DNA of 62,019 nt, filler included, from Sphacelaria rigidula (taxonomy: Eukaryota), in the NCBI GenBank assembly GCA_964200075.2. It is 9 parts of 9 records of this genome, joined end to end, with 100 filler letters (N's around TTAATTAATTAA, not from the genome) between each part and the next. Parts side by side here need not be neighbours in the genome. Positions count along the whole stretch, not along the records: positions 41,414 to 48,215 come from CAXNAA020018009.1; positions 48,316 to 55,117 come from CAXNAA020018010.1; positions 55,218 to 62,019 come from CAXNAA020018011.1; 6 more parts are not named here. The stretch is one strand, 5' to 3'. A program made the translations under genes and the position numbers. The notes beneath the pieces were generated by a model. The model saw only the letters and a list, made by a program, of their open reading frames with translations. It did not search any database and was not told the origin of the DNA. Of the stretch, positions 46,781 to 62,019 are shown piece after piece (position 1 is the stretch's first letter; the number at the start of each line of letters is the position of its first letter).

Positions 46781-49700
46781 CTGAATCGTGTTTCGGTTGG
46801 GTACATATTCGTATCGCCGAATCGAAGTATCAAGAAGGATGGGACGTTTATAAGGAGGCGGTGGTTGAGGATCGATTTGGATATCGCAGATTTTGACTCC
46901 TGACGGTTTGGATATTTCATGGATATGAATGGTTGCCGGATTGTATCTTGTCGGATACGTGAGATGTCCACATCCTCGACAATGTTTTTTTTTCAAAAAG
47001 TGTACTGCGTACAGTATGGAATTATATGCCTGTTGCAACAAACGCAATAGCCAACACTATACGCAGTAGACTTTTCGACTGTATTATAGTAAAATCCAAC
47101 GTCCAACGTGTAAACATGAGTGTCGGCGGGTGATACAATGAGCTCCGATGACAACCATGAATTTGAGCCGCGGGTTGCTTGATTGATTGAATGACTGAAT
47201 GTCGCACACTAACTAATACACCCAAGTGACTCACGATCAGAAGATCACAACCGTGGACAACAAGCGGTCGATACTTACAATAGGCAAAAAAGTACTGGGT
47301 AAAGTATAGGCCTATTACAACTACTGTCGGCGGTCAGCGTTGCAACTATTGACATAGCCGAGGTAAAACACACGGACGGAAACGCTTGGCGAAGGAAACT
47401 CGAGAGAAGAGTGTGCGTGCGTCTCTTGTCGTCTCATCTCTGAACGCCAGTCTACACCTTTCGGTATAAAAATATGCGGACGCGTCAGTCGGGGTCACAT
47501 ATGAGGAACGTCCACACACGGGTTGTTTCTCTTCACCTTCTAACGGGGAGAAATGGGTTGATCCCTCGAGACCACGGACTCGTACCGGGTAGGGGAAGGG
47601 GTTCAAAGTGCGACAAATGAAAATATATGTGCGTAGTTTGCTTCATTTTCCCACATTTATGCTGCGGTGCTTGCCCGACGTTTTTTTCGTCACGAAAAGG
47701 GTTCGGCGGTCTCTTTCTCCTCGCCGACCGTGAATTCGCACTTCGTGTACCCACGACAAGAGTCGCTCATCATCGCTGAGCATAATGTGAAAAAAAATCC
47801 CAGCTAGCTTGCGTGACTTTCGCCGAGATTTGAACTCGCATCTCAACCGTCCACACCCCTGACAATACATAATCGATACTTGCGACAGGCCTGTACTTTA
47901 CGTCGTGCATTTTTTTGTTGTCTTTAGTCACTAGAATAACGTTGACTGTATCTCGTCCAGGGCGTGCAACCGTCAGAAGGTTTTGAGGTTGTTACCAACT
48001 CAGACACCGGGGCGACAAAGTAGGGACATGAAGGACCAAATACAGAAGATAGCACAAAGCTGAGTAGAAAGTGCAAAATAGTGCCGCGTTGATATCCCCC
48101 GGGGTTCCAAACACCTTCGTGGCGGACGATTGTGAAGAGGGTACAGTAGTCAGCGTCAGAAGTATGCAGAATCCGTAATTTCTTAGTTCCTCGAAGATTG
48201 TTCAAATTTGTTTTGNNNNNNNNNNNNNNNNNNNNNNNNNNNNNNNNNNNNNNNNNNNNTTAATTAATTAANNNNNNNNNNNNNNNNNNNNNNNNNNNNN
48301 NNNNNNNNNNNNNNNGGATGATCGGAAGAGTTCGAATGCACAAATGATTAAAAGCCCATAACGGACTTTACTTATGGGACAGAGGAAGTACTGACATTAG
48401 AATTTCGGAACGACTATGTCTCAGCTTTCCAGTCTAAAATGCCTCGAAACGCTCCCATCAGTGAATTGTCAATCAGCATGTGGTCGGGGTCCAAATCTCG
48501 TAAAGCAGATGCTTCATCAGGTAGCATTTGTCTTCCCATCGTGTCGACACGAATTAAACCGACTGCTTGTTGATGGGTGATTTGTCCGCGCTTCTAAGAT
48601 CCAAAAATCTGCTTGGGACTGCTTTGATGTCCACCGTGCGCGGAGTACGGTGCGAACGGATGATCTTAGACTGATTAATAGGCATGTGTGAAGGATCTTT
48701 CGTCAGGGCCTGCTCAGCACTATTGTTTATTCTAGCTGGTACCTGGACTCTTGCCGAAGCCGGATGTATCGTTGCAGGTCCTTTCGGGTACTGCGCGAAC
48801 GATGATATGTGGGAAAGTGAACTACTTCGAAGTGTTGACAGTTCTGGAGTCCGATATTTTGATCGGTGGTTTGCATTGATTATATATGACGGTTAAGCTA
48901 TGGAAGCTACTTGCGGAACACTCTCCAAGTACGAAGGCTGCTTACTCTGCACCATTTTTCGACTCATGTTGCTCACTCTGAACTCCTGCTTGGCCCTATC
49001 ATGTACTTTCCTCATCTCTTTGTGAGACTTCGCACACGATCCCACTGAAGAGGCTTTTGTATGACAAGCAAATCACCTTCCTCGGTGTTGAACGGTAATT
49101 GTTCCAGTTAAAGATGCGGACTTATACCAGTGCTACATCTAACTACAATGTGACCGAACGATCTTTGAGGAGGGAGTATGGGCAGTTCCGATGACCAATC
49201 AACAGCCACTGCTTGAAACAAATTGTGCTGCAAGTTGCACATGTGTCACATGGGATGAAACGTTACCGACTCACGTGGGGTACTGCGCAAAATGCCACAT
49301 GATATGGATCTCAACAGTTTTGGACCCGTGCCCGGTGTAACGCTTTTCGACGGGTGTTAGGGCTGCTTAGGAACTAACCCCAAGTACGGGGGCTGGTTAT
49401 ATTATACACCTATGTTGCTCTTGTTCAGCATATGCTTTATCCTAGCCTGTACCTTCACATCACAACTGGGGCTGTTTTGGTGCCTCACCAGAGGTATTAC
49501 TGTACTGACTGAAAAACCCGCTTCTCTCCGATATCTTCCACGAGAGGGTTGGTATTTTTCTTCCAGTGCATGCGCTCTGAGACGTGAACAAATGAACTAT
49601 CTTCCGTTTGCCCTCCCCTCAACTTGTGAGCTGACATTCGGTACGACCGTCCAATACACCCTCTTCTTTCGCTTGCTAAATGGTGGGATATGACAAGGCG

Positions 49701-50726
49701 GTGCATTCGAAGGTTGGGTAGAATTTTGTTCGTGCGATTTTGAGTCAACGCGCTTCCACAGGTCGGTCTGCCTGATTGGCTGTCGTGCCTCGTGCACTGT
49801 GGTGGTGGAAGGTGGGTTGAGAAGTGCGACTTCGCTCTTTGACTAGCCCTGCTGGTGAAATAATTCACACTGGGGGATAATTTCGCGTTTGGCTGACTCC
49901 TATAACCCTCTCAACTGGAATAATTTCGCACACATGACCCATACGTTTCACCTGTTGAAGCGTTCCTTGGTTCCTCAAGTTCCGGATATGTCGTCATCTG
50001 TAAGGTAGTGTCCTCTGCACGCTTGAGTCAATGTGCTTCGCACGTAGTGTTCTGCACGCGTAGGTTCAAATCTCTTCGTTGACGCCACTGTGAACTAGGC
50101 TTCGCTAGGGGTGAGGCAGTAGAGTTACGGGTCCCGAACAAGAACGTTGTCGTACCCTGCTTCCGAAGGATCTCCAGAGCGAGGCGTAATTCTCTCTCTT
50201 GTCATTTGGGCAAGGATGCGGCCGTGACCGATGGTAGGCAAAGAGAAGAAGAGAACGAGGGGGTACAGTAGTGCCGGCGACGTTCTACCAGGGTTCATGC
50301 GGTGACCCCGTTATTTTGGGCTCTTGTACCGGACACCCGGTTTGCCTGGGTTGCCGAAGATTCAGTTTTACAGGTTTGTACGTTTCGGGTCCGCTCATGC
50401 GTGTCGCTGGCAGAACCCGTTCTTGAGACTGTTTCTCCGGCTTTCATGTGTATCTAGATGTCATTACGCTCATACACATGTGGTCTCCACAACATCGTTC
50501 GATGAACGCTTCCTCTCGACTGAAGTGTGGACGTATATATTCAAGAATTGAGGCACGCACGATGAAAAAATGTGTTCAAGCAACGACAAAAAAATAATAA
50601 TAATGGTACATGAGGGATTCGGACAGGTAGATCCACGTGCCACATACACGATTTCGAGAGGTGAGACTCGCTTCGACATGCTCACGTGTTTGATATGCAA
50701 TTCATGTGTGTCAGAGCATTTTTTAC

Positions 50727-50813
50727 CTTGTCGTAACCACCGAGCTTCATCTTAAGGCGCTGCTCTAGCTTGCGAGCCTTTGCGCCTTGTGCGTCGGCCT
50801 CCGTGCGAAGCGC
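50727..50813 (-). CDS. CDC5L: Pre-mRNA splicing factor CDC5L/Cef1, C-terminal region exon
   Basis: aaacag| ALRTEADAQGAKARKLEQRLKMKLGGYDK |gtaaaa; resembles the conserved KxxKxEKKxxxxLGGY segment. Confidence 0.85.
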
Positions 50814-50828
50814 CTGTTTGTAATCGGG

Positions 50829-51225
50829 TTTGGGGTGGGAGGGAGTGGGACTCATGATTTGGCATGCCGTAGTCATAAGACCATTGACCTCGCATCCCTA
50901 TAAAGCCGGAATGGAGCATGCCAGACTTTCGCCGGACTGGGCTTGCAATCAGTCACCAAGCGCGAAGCGCCGTCATGTATTCGGCGAGTCACATAAAGGG
51001 TGAGTTCCATCCTGCTAAGATTGTTCGGCCCGAGGTGTACTGATTATCTTGAACGTGGGTGACAGCCTCCGATGACTTGCTTCATCATCAGGTATTGCTA
51101 CCTCCACAGACAGCGACGGCTTATACGCTGCATCATGGTGTCTCACCATTCAAACACTACGTAGTACGGCCATTCCCTTCGCGTGGGGTTGAGCTTCTCC
51201 ACCGCGCACAATATGATTTACATGT
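50829..51225 (-). mobile_element. Poly(C)-tailed retroposon family C (long copy) in CDC5L intron
   Basis: Co-linear with 13229-13636. Confidence 0.75.
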
Positions 51226-52566
51226 AAGTCGACCAACATGATGGTTACCGGAAAGAAACGCAAGCGAGAGGAAAAACGGTAACCTGGTTGCCTAGCTTAC
51301 GCAGTGAGTGGCGTGTTTTACAGCGTCGTCGCCTACCGACGCCAACCATCAATGGGGGACGGGGTACCTGAAGGCACTGCTATGGGAGTGAACGAGGGCC
51401 ATAAAGGCCAAAAAAATACCATGCACGAAAAAAAACGCGGAGGAAAAGTAAACGCGTCATCAGCTGTTTCGAGTAGGACACACCCTTCGTCCCTAATTAG
51501 CTCAATTTTAGTATACGGCAGTGCAGCACTTTCATCGGGATTTTTTATCGACACGGGAAGCAAGTTGGCCTGTGGTACTTGACAGACCCCCGCACACACA
51601 CAAACGCTAGGGCATCATGACTTGAAATCGCTAAGATCGCCACCGCGGACCCAAAAAGGGCCAAAAAACACCCAAAACAGCAAAAAACAGCCTTTCCGAG
51701 TACATTTTGGTTTGGTGCAGAGCTTATGGGACGCGTCAAGGAGAAGCTATTTTATGGTTCCCTAGTGTGGGTGTATGGAAAGTCTGCGCAAGAAATCGCA
51801 GTTCAAACCTCTGCTTGGTTGCCGAAATATCCACGGTGGGAGATTGGTACTTGCGGGTTGGGGACCAGCACCATCATGGCGGTACTAGCAGTATACCAGG
51901 GACAAGTTTCATGCTGCTGTCATGATGTGTGGTGGCCACTGCTATTAATAGTAATACTACTCGTCTTAATGTATCGTGATGTCCACAAGGGCGGTGAACG
52001 TGGTGTGGTGGCTCGCGGGCGTGTACTTCCCGAGTGCTAAAGCAACAAACAGCGGCAGCACACTAGTACAACAACAGGGCCGCAACACTAACAGGAGCCA
52101 CAGCTTCTATCCTCCTTTTGTAGTGCCCCTGTTTACAAATGTATAGAGGCATGAGTCACAGCCTTGTTATAGAAATGTGCTACTCGCATAGTACATTTAT
52201 GTGGGCCAGGTCGTTATTTTGAGGTGACGCTTGTATTTGTGACAGATAATGATTGACTCGATCAGGCTTCCTTTCTCCTAGACACAGGTCTCGATGCACA
52301 CTTCCACGAAATGTAGGGCCCAAAATCGGCCCTCATTCACCCCGATAGATGTGGATTATAACAGGCGTGACGGCGATAGAAATCAATACAACACAACCAG
52401 AGTAACCACCACCACAGAACACCTGATACTCTTCGAATCAACAACTAACTCGGGGAGAATGTCGACAGCAGACAGCAACAAACAGCAGCGTCACAACAAC
52501 AACCATCGCCACTTACGAAAACAAAAAAGCGCCAAAAACAAAAACATCACTCAATGGAATCGTCAC

Positions 52567-52719
52567 CTCGAACCGGTGCTTCGCAGACTCGATCCGGTCC
52601 GCTTTTGTGGCCGTAGAGATCCGGCCGTACGCACTCCTGCTGGGGAAGTAAACCCACTCAGAGAAGCACTTATCCCACATGTCGTTGAACTCAGACAGGG
52701 GAGGCAGCGCACCCGCACC
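52567..52719 (-). CDS. CDC5L: Pre-mRNA splicing factor CDC5L/Cef1 exon
   Basis: cccacag| GAGALPPLSEFNDMWDKCFSEWVYFPSRSAYGRISTATKADRIESAKHRFE |gtgacg; resembles CDC5L W..C.S...Y.P...Y.R...A.K.DRIES; phase 0 joins 50727-50813. Confidence 0.85.
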
Positions 52720-53024
52720 CTGTGGGATGGTGTGGATGGTGTGGGGTGCACGATATCGGGAGGAGGGCGGGAGGGGTTGTAGTCATCATCTTGCATTCCA
52801 TAGTCATATGACCATTGACCTTGTATCCCTACAAAGCTGGGACGGAGCACGCCAGGTTTTCGCCGAACAAGGCTCGCGGGGGAGGGAGTTCTCGCTTGCT
52901 GCTTGCGCTAGTCATTCGACCATTGACCAGGCATCCCTTTCGAGACGGAGCACCACTCCTACTCCTAATAGTAACACCTCCAAAATTTGGGCGTTCATTA
53001 CGTTTTGTCATACACTACCTGAGA

Positions 53025-55035
53025 AGGGGTGTGGGGGCGTACTAATTCGTTGCTTGCCTTAGTCTTTCGACCATTGACCACGCATCCCTTCAGACACGGA
53101 GCACCGTTGCTACTCCTAATAGAGACACCTCCAACATTCCGGCGCTCATTACGTTTCTTCTATAGCTCATTATATTTCTTCCATACATTGCGCAAACACC
53201 TTCCACATATCTTATCCCCGTCCTGTTTCGCCGTCTCTGGCCACCATCTATCTCCTAGTATGGCCATTTTTTCCCCCTACGGTCTCATGCATCAAACGCT
53301 TCCATGCCACCTTCGTTCACGTCCCGCATTTCTCCCTCTAGCACGTACCATTCTTCCTCGTATAGTTCACATTATGTAACTACATGACTTCTACTCTCTA
53401 TTCCTTTGCCACAGAGGCAGTTCTGTCCATCTACTTCCTCCTCCTTTCGACGACTGGTACATCTCTTTCTTCTTCCTGGCAGGCCCAGGTCCCTCAACCG
53501 GAATCGCAGTTTCCATTGTTCCGCCGCGTCCATTGGGCCATGCAAAAATGCTTTCATTCCGATCCCCTCTCTCAACCATCGGTATATCTTTAGGTGTTCT
53601 TTCTCGTCTACCCTTCGTCTGAGCGCTCCTTTCCCCCTTATTTCTACCATGTCTCCTACTTCTGTCTTGTACCCCGCACCTTCACCTATGGGCAGTTTTT
53701 CGTCCTTGGTTTCCGCATATCTCCTTCCATACTTTCTCGACCTCTCTATCCCACTTCACAGCATGCCCTTTCGTACTTTTCTTCCATACAGCCTTATCAA
53801 CTATAGCTGGCAATCTCTTTCTCTACATGTTTTTCAAGTTATATTGCCATCTCGACTCCCTCATGTCTCTGTTTCAAGTGATTACATTGCTAACTCTGCT
53901 CTCTGTGCTGTATTACTAATCGTTTTCAAGCATTCAAGTATCTTCTTAGCTGTTGCCATCTGTACTGTTTTTAACTTTTCGCCAATTTCATGTTCCCCTC
54001 TCATACTTCTGCATATTCTAGCTTTGGTACGATCACGTTCATCACGATACATCTCTTGATCCTAGTGTCTAGGTGCGGGTGTCCGAGGATCACGTTCAAC
54101 CTACTTATCTGTGCCTTACCCTTTTCTATTAATTTTTTTCATGTGTGCATCCCAGAACAGTGTTTTGATATCTCTACGCCAAGGTATGTATACTGGTCTA
54201 CGATCGGCAGTTCCTCTTCTCCCCACTTCCACTTGAACTCTACCGGGTTTTTCTTATCTTCGTTACACACGAGTACCGCGCATTTGTTAACGTTCGGTGT
54301 CACTCTCCATTTCCTAGTGTATTTTAGCGCTTTGGCTATCTGTTGTTGCAATCCTTCTGCCGTTCCTGAAATCCCCACAAAATCATATGCGAACATCAAA
54401 CCTGATATCACATCTTCGCCCACCTTGACTCCTTGAATTGCTGCTTCTATTGCTAGTATCGAATCATGAATGAATACCTTGAATCAGGTGGGTGATAACG
54501 TACATTCTTGTGCAACTCCTTGTTAAGTATCAGAATATTTTGAGTATCAGAATATTTTGATATTTCCCCGTCTAGCATCTTGGCACTTTTGGCACATTCT
54601 GTCATTTTCTTCACCATTTTTCACATTTTTCCTCTGATCCCAGTTTCCCACAGCTTTTTCCACAGCCCATTTCTCCATACTGTGCCATAAGCCTTTTGCA
54701 CGTCCAGAAGGAAACAGTACGTTGTCAACCCGGTGTCTTTTCTACCTTGAATAATCTTACCTAGTGTGTACACATCATCTACGCAAGTACGGTTTGGTCT
54801 GAAACCTGCTTGTGCCTCGCTGATTTTGTCTTCCTTTTCTAGCATCGTTCCTACTCTGTCGTTCAGAATATTACATAATGTTTTCCCTACCGTACTCAGT
54901 AGCGTTATCCCTTTATAATTCCTGGGTCAGCCTTGTCTCTTTTTTTGAAAAGATTGACGACTACTCCTTCTCCCCACCTCTTGGGTGTGTACTCGTTTTC
55001 CCACATCCAGATATACAGCATAACCACCATGGTAA
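53025..55035 (-). mobile_element. Decayed LINE ORF2 (RT to 3' end)
   Basis: QAGFRPNRTCVD, LDVQKAYGTVW, LMFAYDFVG, YTYLGV, a C-terminal CxC..H..C remnant and a C-rich tail. Confidence 0.92.
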
Positions 55036-57243
55036 TCACTCCCCCCCCCCCCCCCCCTCCTTCACAAAACCACTTCGCCTTTCCTCTCGCCACCCTCCCT
55101 TTTTTTTTCTTTTTTTCNNNNNNNNNNNNNNNNNNNNNNNNNNNNNNNNNNNNNNNNNNNNTTAATTAATTAANNNNNNNNNNNNNNNNNNNNNNNNNNN
55201 NNNNNNNNNNNNNNNNNGGGGGGGGGTAACGAGTAATATGTATGTGAGATAAACTACTAAGGAGAAGGAGGGGGGGGGGGGGGGACTTACCAACCCGACC
55301 CAAGCAAAAACAAAAACAAATGAAGTAAAAACAGACAGAGAAGTTCGAAGATTGGAAGACCATCGTGGGAGAAAAACGTCCTACTTGAAGCAGAGGGCAA
55401 CCCCATGATGGTGGATCTGGGGGAAACATGATTTGAAGTGGACGATTAAAAAACGAAGCACAGTACAGTGTGCTGATGAAACCTTGCATACACACCTGAA
55501 CCCTAACAACTGTCTCGAAACGGTATGTCATACTTTCTTTCCCCTTCTGTCCGCTGCTCATGAGGTTCAACTCCGAGATTCTCATTTTCAGAAGATCATC
55601 GCGATAAGATTCGATTTACTTGTTTACAGCGAACAGTCGCGTTGACTCGTTCTTACCTCTACGGTGGTCTCCACGATAACAGGGGTCCCTCCGGCTAGTC
55701 GAACAACCTGACGGGTAACAGGCAACGTTTTGACATGGGAAAAAAAGAAAAAAAACGACACACAAGAAGAAGTTAAAAACATCCAGCGTTAAACATGAAA
55801 AGAAAAAAATGACATAATAAAAATACAGAAAATAAAACAAGACGAGACAAGACAAAACAAAACAAAACAAAAGTTGGAAACATACAGTGGTAAACGACAC
55901 AGTCAACGCGACGTGCACCAACGAACCCCCTCCCCCCCCCAAAAAAAAATGGGGGATACGAAGTATACCAATGAAGGATTTTTTCTCGACCGTTGTCACC
56001 GTTTGTCCAGGAAGTGGTTAGCTTTGGGATTTCATAGTCTGGAGGAGAACAACCGTAAATAAATGTACGAGGGACCAAAACAAACACACAACGAGCAGTG
56101 CATTCCACACGCTGGATGATGACATATAGAGTACATTGTAAAAAACATTGACGCGTACAGTATGGAATCTTTTGACTATTGCAATAGACGCAATGACCGA
56201 TACTGTGCGCAGCACACGTCTTGACGATGTTATCCATTGTCATCATCCACGGTGTGGTGCATTGGCAGTCGACGGACTGGATTGAACTGCTTCGAGGTCA
56301 AAGCGATCGACTGTGCGTGATCATAAGCACAGAGATCCCACGGGAAAATATGTAAACGCTGTCAGAACCCTTGGGAATGACTTGCTCGACCACCACAGGC
56401 CTTCAGCACATTTTCAGACGATTGGTTGGTGCGTATAATTAGTTGCAACTCCGGGTCAGAGACAAAAAAATAAAAATAAAAAATGAGGCACCGTGCCCAA
56501 AACCTGTAACAATAAAATAGCGCATTTTGTTTTGTTTTTTTGTTTTGTTTTTTCTTGTCCCCCGATCTAGAATCAAACTCCACGCACCAAAACATCTTCA
56601 AGAGCGCGTGCTCCAAATTCTCTGAGACAGTGCAGTACAGTACGTCAGTTTCCATGGTGTCACTGGCCGCTTGGCTGCCTTCTTTTTCGCGTGGAAAATT
56701 ACGGTGCCGAAGACACTTCTGGATTGGTTCGGACTCTGGGTCCCAGAACAAATGACCTTGGAAGAAGTAAATGGGCGTTAACCGGAGTAAAAGATACAAG
56801 GACACGAACGAGTGAGACACCCGCGGGAGCCTGCACTAACGCTTCCTCGCTGAAGCCACAATCACAATCAAAATCACCATCGCTATCACCGTCACAAACA
56901 CCAAACACTACAGGCAAAAGCAGGGGTGAAAAAAACACAGAAAATAAACCCGAAAACAGAAACAAAACATGCAAACCTCGACATGAGTCGAGTCATGTAA
57001 AATTTTGGGTCCGAAAAAAGGAAAAAACAAAGCAACAACAAAACAAAACAGAACAAGAACAAAGCCTATGGCTCAACAACGCACGAGCTGACCTACAGCA
57101 GCAGCAGCAGCAGCTCTAATAGTCGCGAAAATAAAAACAACGACGCCAGGTGAACGCAAATTTTGTTCAACGCGTTGCACAAAATCCCCTGGGGAAAAAA
57201 AAAAACAGACACCCGAGCAGCTTTTCAAGTCGCGTCTCCATTA

Positions 57244-58787
<1,544 letters not shown>

Positions 58788-58832
58788 CCAAGCCGATTCA
58801 AGACAGTAGCGCATTATTTTACAAACGATGCA

Positions 58833-59003
58833 CACCCTGGACAATACAATATGTTTCCAATATATATATATATATGTTAGTCCATCATATTTGAATTTTG
58901 CGATATATTGCCGGCGTGATATACATTGGTACCCTTGGACTGCACACATATTGCGCGCCCAATATATATATTGATGTCGTGGGACTGCATACATATTGCC
59001 CGC

Positions 59004-59037
<34 letters not shown>

Positions 59038-59263
59038 TACTGTGGGGTTGAACACATATTGCCACATCAATATATATTGGGGCAGCGTGGGCGACAGCAT
59101 ATTGCACGACCAATATATATTAGAGTCGCATTGGTGAGAACATATTACCCGGTCATGAAATATATTGGGTCTGCGTGAGTGCCAATGTATTGGCCGGTCG
59201 ATATATATTGGATATCATAGGCATGGTGTACGCTCCGAGGAAGATCCAGACGCGATGGATGCC
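58833..59263 (-). mobile_element. CAATATATATTG-rich dispersed element, copy 2
   Basis: Reverse complement of 40437-40838. Confidence 0.8.
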
Positions 59264-61309
59264 GGAGCACGTGCAGATTGGGAAAAGCTTCAAAGGGAGC
59301 CGCAGAAGTTCGCGCGCATCACTACAGAGAGTAGTCGAATGCGTTTGACATATATTTGCAGTATCTACAAACTAGTTAGAAAATATGGTGACAGAAGAGG
59401 GGACCTGGTATATATGCCTCCTGATACCTAAGTGGCCACCGGTGGGGGGCCGTCCATCGCCTTCCCAGCATGCCATTAATATATCCTGGCTAAACATCAC
59501 GATGACAGAAAAAGCGGGTCGATATGCGCCTTTTGGCACCCTTGTGGTCACCGGGGCTGTGTTGCTTATACCCTGGACAATACAATATGTTCCAATATGA
59601 TACCAATACTTTGTATTGGAGCCAGCTCAAATATTGTCCTTTGAATATATATATATATATATTGTGTTGGAATGTCCTCGGAGACGTTGGAGCAACAACA
59701 TATATTGCTCGTGTCATGGTCACGAAGTAATGTATGACAATATATGTTCGACATACCTTTGTTCCGGGAATAAAACATTCGATATATATTGTGCATGCCG
59801 GCTACGAAAAGTGATGAAAACGATTTTTGAGAATTGAAAAAAGAAACATGCGTTTTTGGTTTCGTGTGCTTTGCTCATCATATCTTTCTCGTCGCTGTCT
59901 CTGTTCGCCTGTATTTCTGTCTGTCTGTCTGTCCTCCTCTCTGTCTTTCTGTCTTCTATTTCCCAACTTGTGTGCCGGCTTTCCGGAGTTCCTCACGGGG
60001 AGCGATATGTCCGTATATGCACCTTGGGTACGTGCCGATCGTCCATCTTGTATCAAGTGATCATGACCGCGTTTTGTTACGACTCAGCTAATGTGCGACA
60101 GGAATGACTCGCATCAATCAACCAATCGAACAAACAATCGATCAATCACTTTCTCGGCTGTGGGCATGATACAATGAGTGAAAAATCACGATGCGGCATT
60201 GATTAGTGATGGCAGTGACACTTCATGGCGACAACAGCAACAACACATGCACGTATCCCATCACGCTCGAGGAGTCGTCCAGATTTGCACATGCACACAC
60301 GCTGGAATATGACAGACACACACTCACTGAAACGGACAATATTTCCCCGTACGAGTAGTTTATTTCCGGCAAACATGAACCGAGGCTACAGCGAAATTTC
60401 GGCCACCATGTGCGGATGAATAAGTGCGATTGTGCGCGCGGACAAATGTGAGCAAACGAGCGAGAGCTTGCGCTCATGCAGCGGAGGATAAAAAGAACAC
60501 GAGTTCCCGTTCCTTAGTGATTTACTATTTTGGCCCGAAATGTTTGATCTACTTTTTGTCGGCATCCTACTTTTTTGCTCGAGTGCGTTACGTGACAGCA
60601 TATGGAGAAAGTGAGACACTTTTTGGATCCAAATTATTCTACACACATATACATGTATTAATGTACGTCTGTACCGTGTAAGTGCGCTCCTGTTTTACTT
60701 TACCCTCCACCTAGCCGGTGTTCTCTCCATCTCTCTTGTCACGATCTGTTATTGTTCGACCTTCTGTCATCGGATTAAAGTGAAAGTAAAAGAGGACCAC
60801 AAAATATTCAAGAAAAGACGACAAAGGCTACAGAAAACAAAATTAAAAAAAAAAGCGGGAAAAATGAATATGTCGCAAAAATGAAATAAATGCACGACTT
60901 TTTCTCAAAGTGTGCTAAATGCGTAAAAACGAGCAAACACACTATTAGTTATAATCCTCAGTATGCAACGTGTACGTACCGGAGAGCGTGAGAACGTGAG
61001 TAAACAAAGCAGTCGACTGAGTTTATTCGACGTGAGTTGAAGCGGTGCGGGAGTGCTGACCCAATCCGCGAGACCAAAAAGCAAGCAGGCGTGTGCCGGG
61101 GAGAGATGGATTGATCCCTGGAGACCACGGACTCGTCCCGAGAAAGGAGAGGGGTTCAGAGCGCGACAATTGAACTAAAAAATGAAAAACGTACGGCAGG
61201 ACATTATGAAATGAAAAAACCCAAAAGTGTATCCGTTCCTCGGTCTTTCTAGGACAAAGACCACAACACGTGTCGAGGAAATATTCAAGCTGGAGCCAAC
61301 TCGCTTCAT

Positions 61310-61592
61310 CCGAGAAGGGGAACTCGAGGGCAGACATGTCTTTTGCGTTCCGAATCGCACAGCTTCCTATGCCCCCCCCCCCCCCCTTTTCCTCTGTTGC
61401 TCACCTTTTTGCCGGACAAGGCTTTGCAAAACGATCTCCCCAGCCNNNNNNNNNNCCGAGAAGGGGAACTCGAGGGCAGCCGTTTTTTTTGCGTTCCGGG
61501 TCCCACCGCTTCCTGTGCCCCCCCCCCCCCCTCTTTTCCTCTGTTGCTCACCTTTCTGCGGGACAGGTCTTCGCAAATGGCTTGCCTCAGCC
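61310..61592. repeat. Two diverged ~135-bp tandem units across an N10 gap
   Basis: ccgagaaggggaactcgagggcag...ttttcctctgttgctcaccttt...cagcc occurs twice. Confidence 0.7.
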
Positions 61593-61943
61593 CGGAGTCC
61601 CCAGTCACGCCGGTGTACTTGGTCTTTCCCTATTGTTGTTTTCGGTTTGGGGGTAAAAACGAAATAGCGTTACAAAAAAGAGCAATTCAAGTACAGGCTC
61701 GTGCAAAATACGGCTCAAGATCCAAACAATCGGAGTAGGGAATGATAAAGTCGAACTAAATTTCAACAAGCGTCGACTTTCTTTAATAATCACTCGAGAT
61801 CTAGATCTAGGTCGGCAACAAACCAGTTGGGAATGATGGTGTCTTCAGTCAAAGTCTGCATGATCGGTACAGATGTAAGATCGAGAAAGATAAGGGGACC
61901 CTTATCGGGTGGTTAGTTTTCGCGAGTCCCCCCTCCCCTCCCC

Positions 61944-62019
61944 CGGACCTGCCAGAAGGAAGGAAGATATGTACCAGTAGTCATGCGGAGGAGGAAGTAG
62001 ATGGACAGAATTGCCCCTG
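61944..62019 (+). mobile_element. LINE 3' fragment cut by the window end
   Basis: ggacctgccagaaggaaggaagatatgtaccagt matches ~58352-58420. Confidence 0.75.

Noticed and set aside
48940..49330. Exon-like segment and Cys-rich RING-like remnant on the - strand
   Set aside because: The RING-like part needs a frameshift and has a stop. Neither part matches the expected next CDC5L exon, so no product can be supported.
6848..55173. Regularly spaced TTAATTAATTAA as a biological motif
   Set aside because: It is always embedded in N runs totalling exactly 100 bp, i.e. a synthetic linker.

Overview
This is eukaryotic, intron-rich, repeat-rich DNA, not a prokaryotic or viral locus. A stramenopile such as a brown alga is my inference from the gene style (small exons, kb-long TE-filled introns), abundant CpG and TTAGGG-type motifs; it is not proven. 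The window is not one locus. It is nine unrelated contigs (6803 bp, then eight of 6802 bp) joined by identical 100-bp N44-TTAATTAATTAA-N44 linkers, so no synteny can be read across linkers. Host gene fragments were reconstructed from GT-AG phase matching and are mostly missed by the ORF track: FARSB exons 1-2, two CDC5L exons, a class I aspartate/prephenate aminotransferase exon, an SDR exon, a PPR-like exon, and four exons of a Tudor-knot-like protein. The rest is mobile DNA. It includes a near full-length mutated Ty1/copia element, several decayed APE-RT LINEs, two tRNA-derived SINE families and many non-autonomous DNA transposons (hAT-, piggyBac-, Stowaway/mariner-, Sola- and CMC-like). There is also a long foldback element and a 60-bp satellite with higher-order structure. 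The most interesting signals are: (1) a common 3' module, GAC(C/T)ACGG-hairpin-AA(T/A)GTGCGA, shared by otherwise unrelated retroposons; (2) poly(C)-tailed retroposons that leave ~35-45-bp insertions with perfect TSDs in C/G runs; (3) a CACACGCGG-TIR MITE whose 2-bp TSD is shown by an empty site inside the window. I found no CRISPR array, rRNA, intact tRNA or convincing novel protein-based system.
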